Below are positions 27,759 to 37,508 of a DNA stretch of 64,000 bases, one piece after another (the stretch's first letter is position 1; each line of letters starts with the position of its first letter). This stretch comes from an uncultured Gammaproteobacteria bacterium. Its GTDB lineage: Bacteria; Patescibacteriota; Microgenomatia; Levybacterales; GWA1-39-11. The notes beneath the pieces were generated by a model that ran no database searches, was not told where the DNA came from, and saw nothing but the letters and a program-made list of their open reading frames with translations. The stretch covers positions 82,673 to 146,672 of the forward strand of contig CAZDED010000002.1 in the NCBI GenBank assembly GCA_964504535.1, in the 5' to 3' direction. The position numbers and the translations under genes were made by a program.

Positions 27759-28694
27759 ATGAAGGTCGATATTGTAATCCCAAACTTTAATGGTGCTCAT
27801 TTAATTGAGCAAAACCTTCGTAGTGTAGTAAATGCCCTACAACCTTACGAAGGAAAAGTAATTATTGTTGATGATGGGTCAACGGCAGAAGAACAAGAAA
27901 AATTAAGAAAATTTGTTGGGAATTTTGGGGATAAGCACAGAGTAGAGCTGATAGTAAAAGAAAAAAATTCAGGTTTTTCCTCAACCGTAAATACCGGGGT
28001 TAAAAAATCCGAAGCAGAATTTGTCGTACTACTTAATAGCGATGTGGTGCCGAGAGCAGGATTTCTAAAAAGCCCCCTAGAATCACTTTTAAAGGATGAT
28101 AATCTTTTTGGAGTTGGTTGTATGGATGAGAGCGTTGAGGGTGATAGAAGGGTGAATAGGGGTAGAGGTTTGGCGCATTGGGGTAAGGGTTTTTTGCACC
28201 ACAGCAGGGGAGAAGTAAATAAAAGTAATACATTTTGGATATCTGGAGGAAGTAGTGTTGTCAGAAGGCAACTATTTATGAAGCTTGATGGGTTTGATGA
28301 AATATACGCACCATTTTATTGGGAAGACATAGATCTTTCATATAGAGCTCAAAAAGCCGGCTACAAAATCCTATTTGATAATACATCAGTTGTTGAGCAC
28401 TATCATCAGGAGGGAGCGATAAAAAAACATTATAACAGTGAAAGGATTACAACCATTTCTTACAGAAATCAAATCATTTTTATATGGAAAAACATAACGT
28501 CATATAAATTATTGCTAAACCATATATTTTATCTTCCAATAAATTTTTTTAGTGCAGTTTTTAGGTTTGATTGGCCATTTATTTCGGGATTATTTCTTGC
28601 GGTGTCACTCTTTCCTGCTATAATTAATAGACGTTTTACGCAAAAAAAATTGTTCAAGATCTCAGATGAGCAGGTAATTCGAAACAACTCATGA
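27759..28694 (+). CDS. GT2 glycosyltransferase
   Basis: VDIVIPNFNGAHLI…VIIVDDGSTAEE…LLNSDVVP…WEDIDLSYR. Confidence 0.7.
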   Translation: MKVDIVIPNFNGAHLIEQNLRSVVNALQPYEGKVIIVDDGSTAEEQEKLRKFVGNFGDKHRVELIVKEKNSGFSSTVNTGVKKSEAEFVVLLNSDVVPRAGFLKSPLESLLKDDNLFGVGCMDESVEGDRRVNRGRGLAHWGKGFLHHSRGEVNKSNTFWISGGSSVVRRQLFMKLDGFDEIYAPFYWEDIDLSYRAQKAGYKILFDNTSVVEHYHQEGAIKKHYNSERITTISYRNQIIFIWKNITSYKLLLNHIFYLPINFFSAVFRFDWPFISGLFLAVSLFPAIINRRFTQKKLFKISDEQVIRNNS

Positions 28695-29422
28695 ATTCAT
28701 CAAAAAAGACTTTATCTATTGTTATTCCTGTATATAACGAAGAAAAAACAATTGGCACAGTGTTGTCAAATCTTGCCGTACTTAACATACCCAATGTGAT
28801 AAAAGAAATAATCGTAGTGGATGATGGATCAGGTGATAGATCAAAAAAAATTGTTGAGGGTTTGAAAAGCAAAGTTAAGGGTCTTCGATTTATTTCACAC
28901 GAGAAAAATAGAGGAAAGGGAGCTGCCGTCCAGACGGGACTTGAGGCAGCAACCGGTGATGTCCTTATGGTTCAGGATGCCGATTTAGAGTATGACACAA
29001 ACGATATTCCAAGATTACTAAAACCAATTCTTGATAACAAGGCAAATGTTGTATATGGTACCAGGCTGAGAAGAATGCCTAACGTAAAAAAAGAAGAAAA
29101 AACGTGGAGGTTTTTATTGCATTACATCGGAAACAGATGGCTCAGTCTTGTTACGAGTATATTATATTTTAATTGGGTGACAGATATGGAAACGTGTTAC
29201 AAACTTTTTTCAAAAGAATCTTTTAAGGGAATAACACTAAAATCAAAAACGTTTGATTTCGAACCCGAAATTACCGCTAAATTTTTAAAAAAAGGACTAA
29301 AAATACTTGAGATAGATATCAATACACGACCAAGAGGATACGATGAAGGTAAAAAGTTACACACCTTTAGAGATGGGTTTAAGGCACTATGGACCCTTGT
29401 GAAGTTTAGATTTATATCATGA
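28691..29422 (+). CDS. GT2 polyprenyl-phosphate glycosyltransferase (DPM1/GtrB-like)
   Basis: LSIVIPVYNEEKTI…IIVVDDGSGDRS…QDADLEYD. 243 aa. Confidence 0.8.
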   Translation: MNSSKKTLSIVIPVYNEEKTIGTVLSNLAVLNIPNVIKEIIVVDDGSGDRSKKIVEGLKSKVKGLRFISHEKNRGKGAAVQTGLEAATGDVLMVQDADLEYDTNDIPRLLKPILDNKANVVYGTRLRRMPNVKKEEKTWRFLLHYIGNRWLSLVTSILYFNWVTDMETCYKLFSKESFKGITLKSKTFDFEPEITAKFLKKGLKILEIDINTRPRGYDEGKKLHTFRDGFKALWTLVKFRFIS

Positions 29423-30663
29423 AGAACCTACGGCTTTCAATTTCAAGCGTTGTTCTGGCATGTTTATTGGTACCGGTCATCATGACATACCAGATATTCC
29501 CCGGAGATACTAATTATTTTCAGTTTGGGTTTATTTTCCTCGGATTATTCATAAATTTTTTGCTTGATATAGTAAAGATATCCGAAAAGAAATACTACCT
29601 GTCCAAATATATAGTATTTTGGACTTTGCTTGGGTTGTCTGTAGGTGGTGCTTTCATTTCAGCAATTATAGTACGGCACACTGTTGCTCCGGTATTTCAA
29701 ATTCACGATATTATCTTGCAGCTTGAAGCGGCAATTCAGTTCTTCCGTCATGGAATAAACCCCTGGGCAGCAACGTATGTAAATACTTACATGGCATCAT
29801 GGCATTATTCTGACACAATGGTAAATCCTGCACTCTATCATTTTGTTATGATGCCACTTTATTTATTGTTTTCCTTACCATTTTATTTTATAGCAAACCA
29901 CACAATAGGGTATTTTGATGGAAGAATTCCGTTATATTTTCTTTATTTTTCACTCCTTATCGCTGCATTTAAATTTATAAAAGATAAGGAAAAAAAACTG
30001 CTTTTCGTAACTCTTCTTGCATTTAATCCAGCAATGTTTTCATACACCCTAGAAGGAAGATCTGACGTGTTCATGTTTGCATTTTTCTTTGGTAGTTTAG
30101 TTTTACTTTCTAAAAAAAGATATTCCTATGCTGGATTATTGATGGGGGCTGCCTTTGCTGTAAAGCAGTCCATTTGGCCAATACTACCTCTGTATATTGG
30201 ATATATTTACTTTCTTTCAAAAGGAGTGTCAAAAACGGTAAAAAGACTTCTTTCTTTTGTCATTACGTTTCTTGTTCTCGTTGTTCCTTTCGTTCTCTGG
30301 AACCCCTTAGCTTTCTTGAATAGCACGGTATTATATCTTTCAGGCAATACTGTTCATAGTTACCCCATTTCAGGCTATGGACTGGGAGTTTTGTTGCATC
30401 AGGTAGGAGTAATTAAAGATCTCAACGCTTCATACCCATTTATTATTTGGCAAGTAATAATAATCATTCCTTTGCTTTGTTATTTATTATACTTACTTAA
30501 AAAAAATACGAATGTGCGAATGCTTCTTTTGGCATACGCTTTATTAGCCCTCGTGTATTGGTATTTATCAAGATATTTCAATAATAGCCATATGGGCTAC
30601 CTGACTATGGTTTTTTTGACAGCATATTTTTGGCCAGACAGTTCTGACAAAGATGAAAAATAA
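29419..30663 (+). CDS. Polytopic membrane protein, possible GT-C-type glycosyltransferase (DUF2029-like?)
   Basis: 414 aa with 10 or more TM helices. Loop HGINPWAATYVNTYMASWHYSDTMVNPALYHF. Family uncertain. Confidence 0.4.
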   Translation: MKNLRLSISSVVLACLLVPVIMTYQIFPGDTNYFQFGFIFLGLFINFLLDIVKISEKKYYLSKYIVFWTLLGLSVGGAFISAIIVRHTVAPVFQIHDIILQLEAAIQFFRHGINPWAATYVNTYMASWHYSDTMVNPALYHFVMMPLYLLFSLPFYFIANHTIGYFDGRIPLYFLYFSLLIAAFKFIKDKEKKLLFVTLLAFNPAMFSYTLEGRSDVFMFAFFFGSLVLLSKKRYSYAGLLMGAAFAVKQSIWPILPLYIGYIYFLSKGVSKTVKRLLSFVITFLVLVVPFVLWNPLAFLNSTVLYLSGNTVHSYPISGYGLGVLLHQVGVIKDLNASYPFIIWQVIIIIPLLCYLLYLLKKNTNVRMLLLAYALLALVYWYLSRYFNNSHMGYLTMVFLTAYFWPDSSDKDEK

Positions 30664-32374
30664 ATCCTTGTTTTTCCTCAATGAAGGTTTTCTCTTGATA
30701 GCTTTATTTATTCTGGGGTTGGTACTAAGAATTTATAGTCTCTCATCGTTTCCGAATGGATTTTCCCGGGATGAAGCATTTCTTGGGTACAATGCATATT
30801 CATTATTAATGACCGGAAAAGACATTAATTCACACTTTCTGCCACTTTTCCTCGAGTCATTTCTCTATACACCTGCTGGGTATTCATATGTTTCCGCATT
30901 GTTTATAAAAATTTTCGGACTGAGTATCTTTTCTGTCAGATTTGCCTCTGCTTTTTTTGGCGCGCTCACAATTCCTTTATTGTTTCTCCTAACAAAGTCT
31001 TTGTTTGCCCTTGATAAGGGAAGAAAGTATACAGAGAGAGTTGTTGGATTAATCGGATTGATCTCTGCACTTCTTCTCGCAACGTCTCCCTGGCACATAA
31101 ATCTTTCCCGCACCGCAAGTGTTTCAACCGTTGTTACTTTTTTTATAGTGTTGGGCTGTTATTTCTTTATACGGTCGATTTCGAGAAATAGCGCAAAGTA
31201 TATAGTTTTATCTTTTATCTGTTATTTAATCTCGCTATTTTTTTATATTGCGCCGTATTCATTTCTACCTCCTTTTATACTTCTTTCTTATTTTTTATTC
31301 AAAAATACAATCTCAAAAAACAATAAAAAAATCTTTGCAATATTATTTGTGTTGTTCATTATCCCAGTTCTTTATGTATTTTCATCACCGACTCTTTCAT
31401 TAAGGGTAAGATCACTCAGTCTAACGGAAAGTCCTTTAATAAAACTTGTTCTGCTTGAGGATACTGGACGGGATGGAGTTGGAAATATTACACCACTGAT
31501 TGCACGATCTTTTCATAACAAGGTAACAGTTATTTCTGATCTATTCTTTCAAAATTATTTTAGTCATTTCTCCTATAATTTTTTGTTTCGTGATACAGGC
31601 TTTCCTGAGCGATTCAGGATACCCGGATCAGGATTGTTCTTACCCATAAATATTGTACTTATCGCATTGGGGCTTTACTATTTGCTCCGTTCCGAAGGCA
31701 AGCTTAAATGGTTTCTGTTGGGATGGGTGCTTTTGGGGCCTGTGGGAAGCGGATTTGCCAGCGACGATGTCCCAAACCTGCAAAGGACTTTATTTTTGTT
31801 ACCCCCATTGTTAATCGTGTCTTCGATAGGAATAGTTAACCTTTTTATAAACATTCGAAAATCGAAGATTTTCATATATGTTATTGGTTTGATGTTCCTT
31901 GGTATGTTTTGCTACCAATTCATTTATTATATTCATCAATATTATTTTCATGAGAATGCTTACCGCCCATGGTATAGGCAGGATGGATATCAGCAGCTAA
32001 TTGAAAAACTTAATGGACTTACAGGTGGATATAAGGAAATAGTCGTTACAAATAGAGAATCGGCACCAACGATTTTTCTTCTTTTCTTTAACAAATTCGA
32101 TCCGTCTTTGATTCAAAATACCATTGCAAAAAGTACACTTCGGGATACTGATAGAATTAGTTTTTCAAATTACCATATTACACAAGAAGAGTGTCCATTA
32201 AGAGTTGAAATAGATCCTGTAACTGGGAAAAGAACATTAACAGGTGAAAAAGGAACACTGTATGTTAATAGTGGTTTTTGTAAAAATGAAAATCTTCCTC
32301 CATCAGTAAAAATTATAGAAACAATTTTAAGGGGCGATGGTTCGAAGGTATTTTTCATAATGAGGGTTGAGTAG
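30653..32374 (+). CDS. Family A GT-C glycosyltransferase, PMT/ArnT-like (GT39-type)
   Basis: GFSRDEAFLGYNAYSLL…SIFSVRFASAFFG. 573 aa. Confidence 0.65.
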   Translation: MKNKSLFFLNEGFLLIALFILGLVLRIYSLSSFPNGFSRDEAFLGYNAYSLLMTGKDINSHFLPLFLESFLYTPAGYSYVSALFIKIFGLSIFSVRFASAFFGALTIPLLFLLTKSLFALDKGRKYTERVVGLIGLISALLLATSPWHINLSRTASVSTVVTFFIVLGCYFFIRSISRNSAKYIVLSFICYLISLFFYIAPYSFLPPFILLSYFLFKNTISKNNKKIFAILFVLFIIPVLYVFSSPTLSLRVRSLSLTESPLIKLVLLEDTGRDGVGNITPLIARSFHNKVTVISDLFFQNYFSHFSYNFLFRDTGFPERFRIPGSGLFLPINIVLIALGLYYLLRSEGKLKWFLLGWVLLGPVGSGFASDDVPNLQRTLFLLPPLLIVSSIGIVNLFINIRKSKIFIYVIGLMFLGMFCYQFIYYIHQYYFHENAYRPWYRQDGYQQLIEKLNGLTGGYKEIVVTNRESAPTIFLLFFNKFDPSLIQNTIAKSTLRDTDRISFSNYHITQEECPLRVEIDPVTGKRTLTGEKGTLYVNSGFCKNENLPPSVKIIETILRGDGSKVFFIMRVE

Positions 32375-34322
32375 AATTTATATGTACAATTTATTCTCGC
32401 CTAGTTTCTTGTTCTTTTTTCTATACTCCTTTATTGCAATTTTCTTTTCTGTATATATACCGGGTAGTGTGGCGCTACGATTTTCAAAACTTAATCTGTC
32501 TCTTTTCTCATATATTGTTCTATCAGTAATCGTTGGAACTTCTCTGTGGGTTTTACAAGGATTTTTATTTGGTTTTATGAATGTTAGATTTATAACGTAT
32601 GTTTATGTGGGTGTCCTCTTTTTATTTTGGATACGTAATTTTCAATTTCGTTCTTTTAAATTGCCATTTAAAAGAACGGTAATTTTTGCGGTTCTTTTAA
32701 TAACATTTGGGGTCATAACACAAAATATACCAGCATTTTTTATGGGATCGGTAACAGATAAAGGTGTTTCATTCTGTTGTGTGGATGCAAGTGACAGTCT
32801 TTATTTTGCCTCACTCAGTCAAGAAGTAAAACGCACTATCCCTCCGCAGGAACCTGGCCTGGCCGACGTAACAGTAAAAAATTATCACTATTTATCAAAT
32901 ATTTTTGTTGCCGAGTTATCTCGAGTATTTTTCATCCCCTTACACATCTTACAATTTCAAGTTTCAGTATTATTTTTATCAGTTATGTTGGGGCTTGCCG
33001 CTCTATCATTTGGATTGGCGGTCGTAAAAAATTGGAAATATTCGCTATGGTTAGTATTTTTCTTGTATTTTGGAGGAGATTTTATTTGGCTTGTTTTGCT
33101 AATTCTCAATAAAAGTGTAAATCCATTTGTCATGAGTTCGCTGGAGGATGGAGCTAAATTTTTGAGCAATCCTCCTCGCGCTTTTGCTATTGTGCAGTTT
33201 TTTGGCGCACTTGTTCTTTTGTATTCATGGTTACAGTCAAAAAAAACACTTCTCTTAACTATAATTCTTGGAATTGTATGTGGTACCCTAATAGGGTTCA
33301 AAGTATATCTGGGGATCTTTGTTTTGTCAGGTCTTGCTGTGCTTTGCCTATATCAAATTTTAAGAAAAGAATTTGATGGATTACGGCTTTTAATTATTGC
33401 CGGTATAGTTTGTCTCATACTGTACCTACCCGTAAATGGTAACGCCGGTGGGATATATTTTACAGGCTTTTGGTCTTTTGAAAATTTCATATCTCAGCCA
33501 TATCTAAAGCTTAGTAACCTAGAATTGGCTAGAAGGATATTTATTGCTGATAACAAGATTCTGAAATCATATTTTTTCGAATCAATATTTATACTTGTCA
33601 CAATCTTTTCTTTTTTTGGTTCTAAAATCATTGGGGTAGTACAATCAAAGAAATCTATATCTCTTATTCCGTTTCAACTGCATATATTTCTATTGTCTGG
33701 GATTGTTGTAAGTTTTATTTTAGGATTTTTTTTCCAACAGACTTCGGGTGGATCAAATACATTTAATTTCATAGTTAATGTGTTTATAGTTGGAAGCGTT
33801 TATACTGCACTCTCTGCGTTTTTTCTTACATCATTAAAAAAACCAGTTGCTATCATGCTCGCAGCAATTATCATTGGGTTGACCGTACCAAGAGTAGTGT
33901 ATGAAACATATCGCAGTATTCATCGTCTTATAAACGGTCAGTATCAATCGGTAACTCCTTTTCAGCTGAGGGCTTTTGATTTTTTGAGGCATCAGACGAG
34001 GGGTAGAACTTTGGTTGACCGGACTGTTTTTGGGCTTGATGCGAGTAGTCCGTACGTTGCTTTTTTTGTAGATCAACCGATGTACTTGTCAGGTGTTCAG
34101 ATACTGGAAAGCCATGGTCTGAACGTATTTACAAAATCATCAAAAGTTGCAGTTATGATGGATCCACTAAAAGTTGAGCAAGCAAGAAACCTGTTTTTGA
34201 CAGAGAAAATTAAATATTTTGTGATTGGTAATTCAAGCCCTATTGCAACGGTTTCTGCGCAATTTTCAAAAGTCATATATTCAAATACTGAAGTCTCTAT
34301 CCTCCTGATTGCACACTATTGA
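32367..34322 (+). CDS. Large polytopic membrane protein of unknown family
   Basis: 651 aa, TM helices throughout. No recognised motif. Confidence 0.45.
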   Translation: MSRIYMYNLFSPSFLFFFLYSFIAIFFSVYIPGSVALRFSKLNLSLFSYIVLSVIVGTSLWVLQGFLFGFMNVRFITYVYVGVLFLFWIRNFQFRSFKLPFKRTVIFAVLLITFGVITQNIPAFFMGSVTDKGVSFCCVDASDSLYFASLSQEVKRTIPPQEPGLADVTVKNYHYLSNIFVAELSRVFFIPLHILQFQVSVLFLSVMLGLAALSFGLAVVKNWKYSLWLVFFLYFGGDFIWLVLLILNKSVNPFVMSSLEDGAKFLSNPPRAFAIVQFFGALVLLYSWLQSKKTLLLTIILGIVCGTLIGFKVYLGIFVLSGLAVLCLYQILRKEFDGLRLLIIAGIVCLILYLPVNGNAGGIYFTGFWSFENFISQPYLKLSNLELARRIFIADNKILKSYFFESIFILVTIFSFFGSKIIGVVQSKKSISLIPFQLHIFLLSGIVVSFILGFFFQQTSGGSNTFNFIVNVFIVGSVYTALSAFFLTSLKKPVAIMLAAIIIGLTVPRVVYETYRSIHRLINGQYQSVTPFQLRAFDFLRHQTRGRTLVDRTVFGLDASSPYVAFFVDQPMYLSGVQILESHGLNVFTKSSKVAVMMDPLKVEQARNLFLTEKIKYFVIGNSSPIATVSAQFSKVIYSNTEVSILLIAHY

Positions 34323-34354
34323 AATGTTACCTATACTATCAAGAGAGCTCGTAT

Positions 34355-36031
34355 ATGGTCAGAACTTATTTCATCAGGTATTGGGTAGTTTTTGCGGTTT
34401 TCATCGTCGCACTTTTCTTAAGAACCTATAATTTGTCTGAAATACCAGTTGGCCTTCATGGAGACGAGGCTAGTATCGGTTACACAGCATATTCTCTTCT
34501 CAATACACTTCACGATCAGAATGGTAAGTTCTTGCCAATCGCAATAGATCAATTTGGAGATTTTAGGCCAGCTGGGTATCATTATTTGGATATTCCATTT
34601 GTGGCTCTTCTTGGCCTCACTGAGTTTGCGGTAAGGCTTCCGGCAGCACTTTTTGGAAGCCTGGCTGTAGTTGCTATCTATCTACTGGTTTTTGAGCTTT
34701 TTGAGAATAGAAAAATAGCCGGGTTGAGCTCAATACTTTTGGCTGTGCTCCCGTGGGACGTAAATATTTCCCGTGCAAGTTCTGAGAGTGTAATAGCCAC
34801 TTTCTTCGTGATTTTAGGTGTATATTTTTACTTAAAATTCGTTAAAAGAAAGGCTTTTTCTTCTCTGTATCTAGGATTAAGCAGTGTTTTATTTATTGTT
34901 AGTTTTTTCTTTTATCATGCACATAGGTTTTTTGTTCCAGCACTGTTTCCATTTCTTTTTTTGATTTCTTTTTTTGCTTTTCGTCCCTCAAGAAGAAAAA
35001 TTATTGGTGGTATAGTTCTGTTTGGCGTTGTTCTTCTTGGATTGTCTTTCTTTGTTCTATTTGGACAAGGAACAGGGCGTGCATCTGAGGTGAGTCTTCT
35101 TAGTATTCCTGGTGGTACAACGAATCTAAAACAGGCTATGGATGAAGAGGGAACACTCAACCCTCTTATAAATAGGTTTTACAATAATAAATTAATTTAT
35201 TACGGAAGATTTTTCGTAAATTTTTATTCACAGCATCTGTCAGGGGACTTTCTTTTTGTTAATAACGGGAATCCAATACGCTACAGAATCCCATTTACCG
35301 GAAATCTCTATTTTGTTATGCTTCCATTCTTGATCCTTGGATTTGCCTTTTTGCTTTCACAAGGATTGAAAGAGAAGAAATATCATTATTTGTTGCCTAT
35401 TGTCTGGTTACTTATTGCACCGGTTCCTGCAGGGCTTACATGGGAAGATTTACCTAACGTTATACGTGCAAGCATTTTGATCCCCGCCTTATTAATAGTT
35501 ACCGCTTTCGGTTTCCATGAGGCAGTGTCATTATTTAAGAATAAAAAAATAAAAACACTCATTATTGTTGTCTCAGGATTGCTTCTTGCGCATAATTTCC
35601 TATATTTTTGCCATAACTATTACTGGAGATCAAAGATTCATGAGCCATGGCACAGGAGTGGAGCCGAAAAAGAATTATTGTTCCAGGTTGGACAAATAGC
35701 AAAACCAACCGACTCAATAGTTATGACTACAGAGAGAAACAATAACCTTATCTTTTACCTTTTTTATAATAAATTTGATCCAAAGAAATTCCAGGAAATA
35801 GGATCACCGAAAGAACACGATGGGTTGAAGTTTGAAAATATTACATATACTGGAAATTCATGTCCTTTAAGGGGTGAGAGTGAAGAGATTGTCACAGTGA
35901 TACCAGATACTATTTTTGTAGACAAAGAGGATTGCCCACTACCGAAAAATTCAGAAATCCTTAACACAATAAAATTTTCTGATGGGGTTCCTGCCTTCAA
36001 AATTGTAAAAACAGTCGATGTTAAAAAGTGA
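34355..36031 (+). CDS. Family A GT-C glycosyltransferase, PMT/ArnT-like (GT39-type)
   Basis: GLHGDEASIGYTAYSLL…FAVRLPAALFG. The track's ORF begins at a TTG at 34319; ATG 34355 (MVRTYF) is the more plausible start. Confidence 0.65.
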   Translation: MVRTYFIRYWVVFAVFIVALFLRTYNLSEIPVGLHGDEASIGYTAYSLLNTLHDQNGKFLPIAIDQFGDFRPAGYHYLDIPFVALLGLTEFAVRLPAALFGSLAVVAIYLLVFELFENRKIAGLSSILLAVLPWDVNISRASSESVIATFFVILGVYFYLKFVKRKAFSSLYLGLSSVLFIVSFFFYHAHRFFVPALFPFLFLISFFAFRPSRRKIIGGIVLFGVVLLGLSFFVLFGQGTGRASEVSLLSIPGGTTNLKQAMDEEGTLNPLINRFYNNKLIYYGRFFVNFYSQHLSGDFLFVNNGNPIRYRIPFTGNLYFVMLPFLILGFAFLLSQGLKEKKYHYLLPIVWLLIAPVPAGLTWEDLPNVIRASILIPALLIVTAFGFHEAVSLFKNKKIKTLIIVVSGLLLAHNFLYFCHNYYWRSKIHEPWHRSGAEKELLFQVGQIAKPTDSIVMTTERNNNLIFYLFYNKFDPKKFQEIGSPKEHDGLKFENITYTGNSCPLRGESEEIVTVIPDTIFVDKEDCPLPKNSEILNTIKFSDGVPAFKIVKTVDVKK

Positions 36032-37508
36032 TAAAAAAAAATCATTCGATTGGGTCTTGATAGGAATTATAGTTCTCTCGGCAGTCTTAAGATTTTATAA
36101 CTATGGTAGTAGATGGGGTCTTGCTTATGATCAGGCGTGGTTTGCAGTCATTGCTCGCCATGCACTTGCAACCCTACAACTTCCGTTCTTAGGTCCTTTT
36201 GCTTCCGGAGGTCCATTTCAGACTGGTGGGGAATGGTTCTGGATAGTAATGATTGGGACAATGCTTAACCCACTGAGCGTGATTTCTCCGTGGGTTTTTA
36301 TAACCTTGCTTTCGATTTTTCAGGTGTATCTCCTTTATGTACTTGGTAGTCATTATGGTGGAAAAAGTTTGTCTTATATTCTTGCTTTTTTAGGTGCCGT
36401 ATCCATATCCCAAGTTCTTCAGGCAACAAATCTTACCAATCAAATGCCGTCATCATTGTGTGCATCATTGCTCCTTTTGGCTATTGTTTTATACCTAAAG
36501 AAAGAAAAAAACAGATATCTTTTCTTTTCCGGATTTGCTGTCGGGTTATCATCCTCGATTCATCTTCAAGGTGTTCTTCTTCTCATACCTTTATGTGGAT
36601 TTTTAGCACTTACGAAAACAATTAGCCCAAAGAAATTATTGCTGGTTGGGATAGGAGTATCTTTGCCTTGGGTTCCAGTACTACTAATTGATATGCAGAA
36701 TAATTTTTACAATACCAAAAATATGCTTATGTACTTTACTAATTCCCAAAGTAAAGTTTCGTATGATGAACTCGGGAGAAGGTGGCTGACTTTTATAACG
36801 GATTATGTTCCTTCGTCATGGGGAAGAATAGTGGGAGGGAACATATTTTTTGGATATTTAGAAATATTTTTAGTAGGTCTAACGTTTCTTTTGGGAATTC
36901 TTAAAAAAGTAATAGATAAGAAATGGATGATAGCTGTGGTATCGACGATACTTATGACCATAGCCCTTCGATATATAAGGACACCACTTTATGAGAACTA
37001 TACTACTTTTATTCATCCATTTGTTCTCCTTTTGATTGCCTGGTCCATCTGGAATTTATACAAACGTCAGAGATTTATCGCCGTCATAATACTTGTGGCA
37101 ATAGTATCTTTTAGCGTATTTGCATTATGGAAAGATATTGGCAATAGTACTAATTTCACAAACATAACGACTAAAAGGTATGTTTTATTTTTGAAAAATA
37201 AATTCCCCAAGGAGAAATTTGCTATTTACGATTATGAATATAATAACAAGCAAAATACATTGCCTCTTGTTCTTTATCTTCAAACAGAAGGCCTATTGGA
37301 TGACAAGGGGCATAGAATTGGCATGGTAATCGTTGCTAATTCAAAAATTAGAATAGATCCGCATAAAACAATACATGGTGGTAATGGAGGATATCAGCTC
37401 GTTGACCTTACTGCATCTGAAAGCGCTGAGCTCCAGAAAGGGAGATGGGCATTTGTAAATCCTTCTGTCATTTACAATTCTGTACAATATTGGTACAAGG
37501 ATAAATGA
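36018..37508 (+). CDS. Family D polytopic membrane protein ('WDQ' family, GT-C-like, uncharacterised)
   Basis: 496 aa. GLAYDQAWFAVIARHA…PFLGPFASGGPFQTGGEWFWIVM. Paralogue of 40841..42106. Confidence 0.5.
   Translation: MLKSDKKKSFDWVLIGIIVLSAVLRFYNYGSRWGLAYDQAWFAVIARHALATLQLPFLGPFASGGPFQTGGEWFWIVMIGTMLNPLSVISPWVFITLLSIFQVYLLYVLGSHYGGKSLSYILAFLGAVSISQVLQATNLTNQMPSSLCASLLLLAIVLYLKKEKNRYLFFSGFAVGLSSSIHLQGVLLLIPLCGFLALTKTISPKKLLLVGIGVSLPWVPVLLIDMQNNFYNTKNMLMYFTNSQSKVSYDELGRRWLTFITDYVPSSWGRIVGGNIFFGYLEIFLVGLTFLLGILKKVIDKKWMIAVVSTILMTIALRYIRTPLYENYTTFIHPFVLLLIAWSIWNLYKRQRFIAVIILVAIVSFSVFALWKDIGNSTNFTNITTKRYVLFLKNKFPKEKFAIYDYEYNNKQNTLPLVLYLQTEGLLDDKGHRIGMVIVANSKIRIDPHKTIHGGNGGYQLVDLTASESAELQKGRWAFVNPSVIYNSVQYWYKDK

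Noticed and set aside
34319-34354. TTG-initiated N-terminal extension (MKCYLYYQESSY) of the GT39 gene
   Set aside because: The extension comes from the ORF finder allowing a TTG start that overlaps the upstream stop. The downstream ATG at 34355 gives an N-terminus matching the paralogues.
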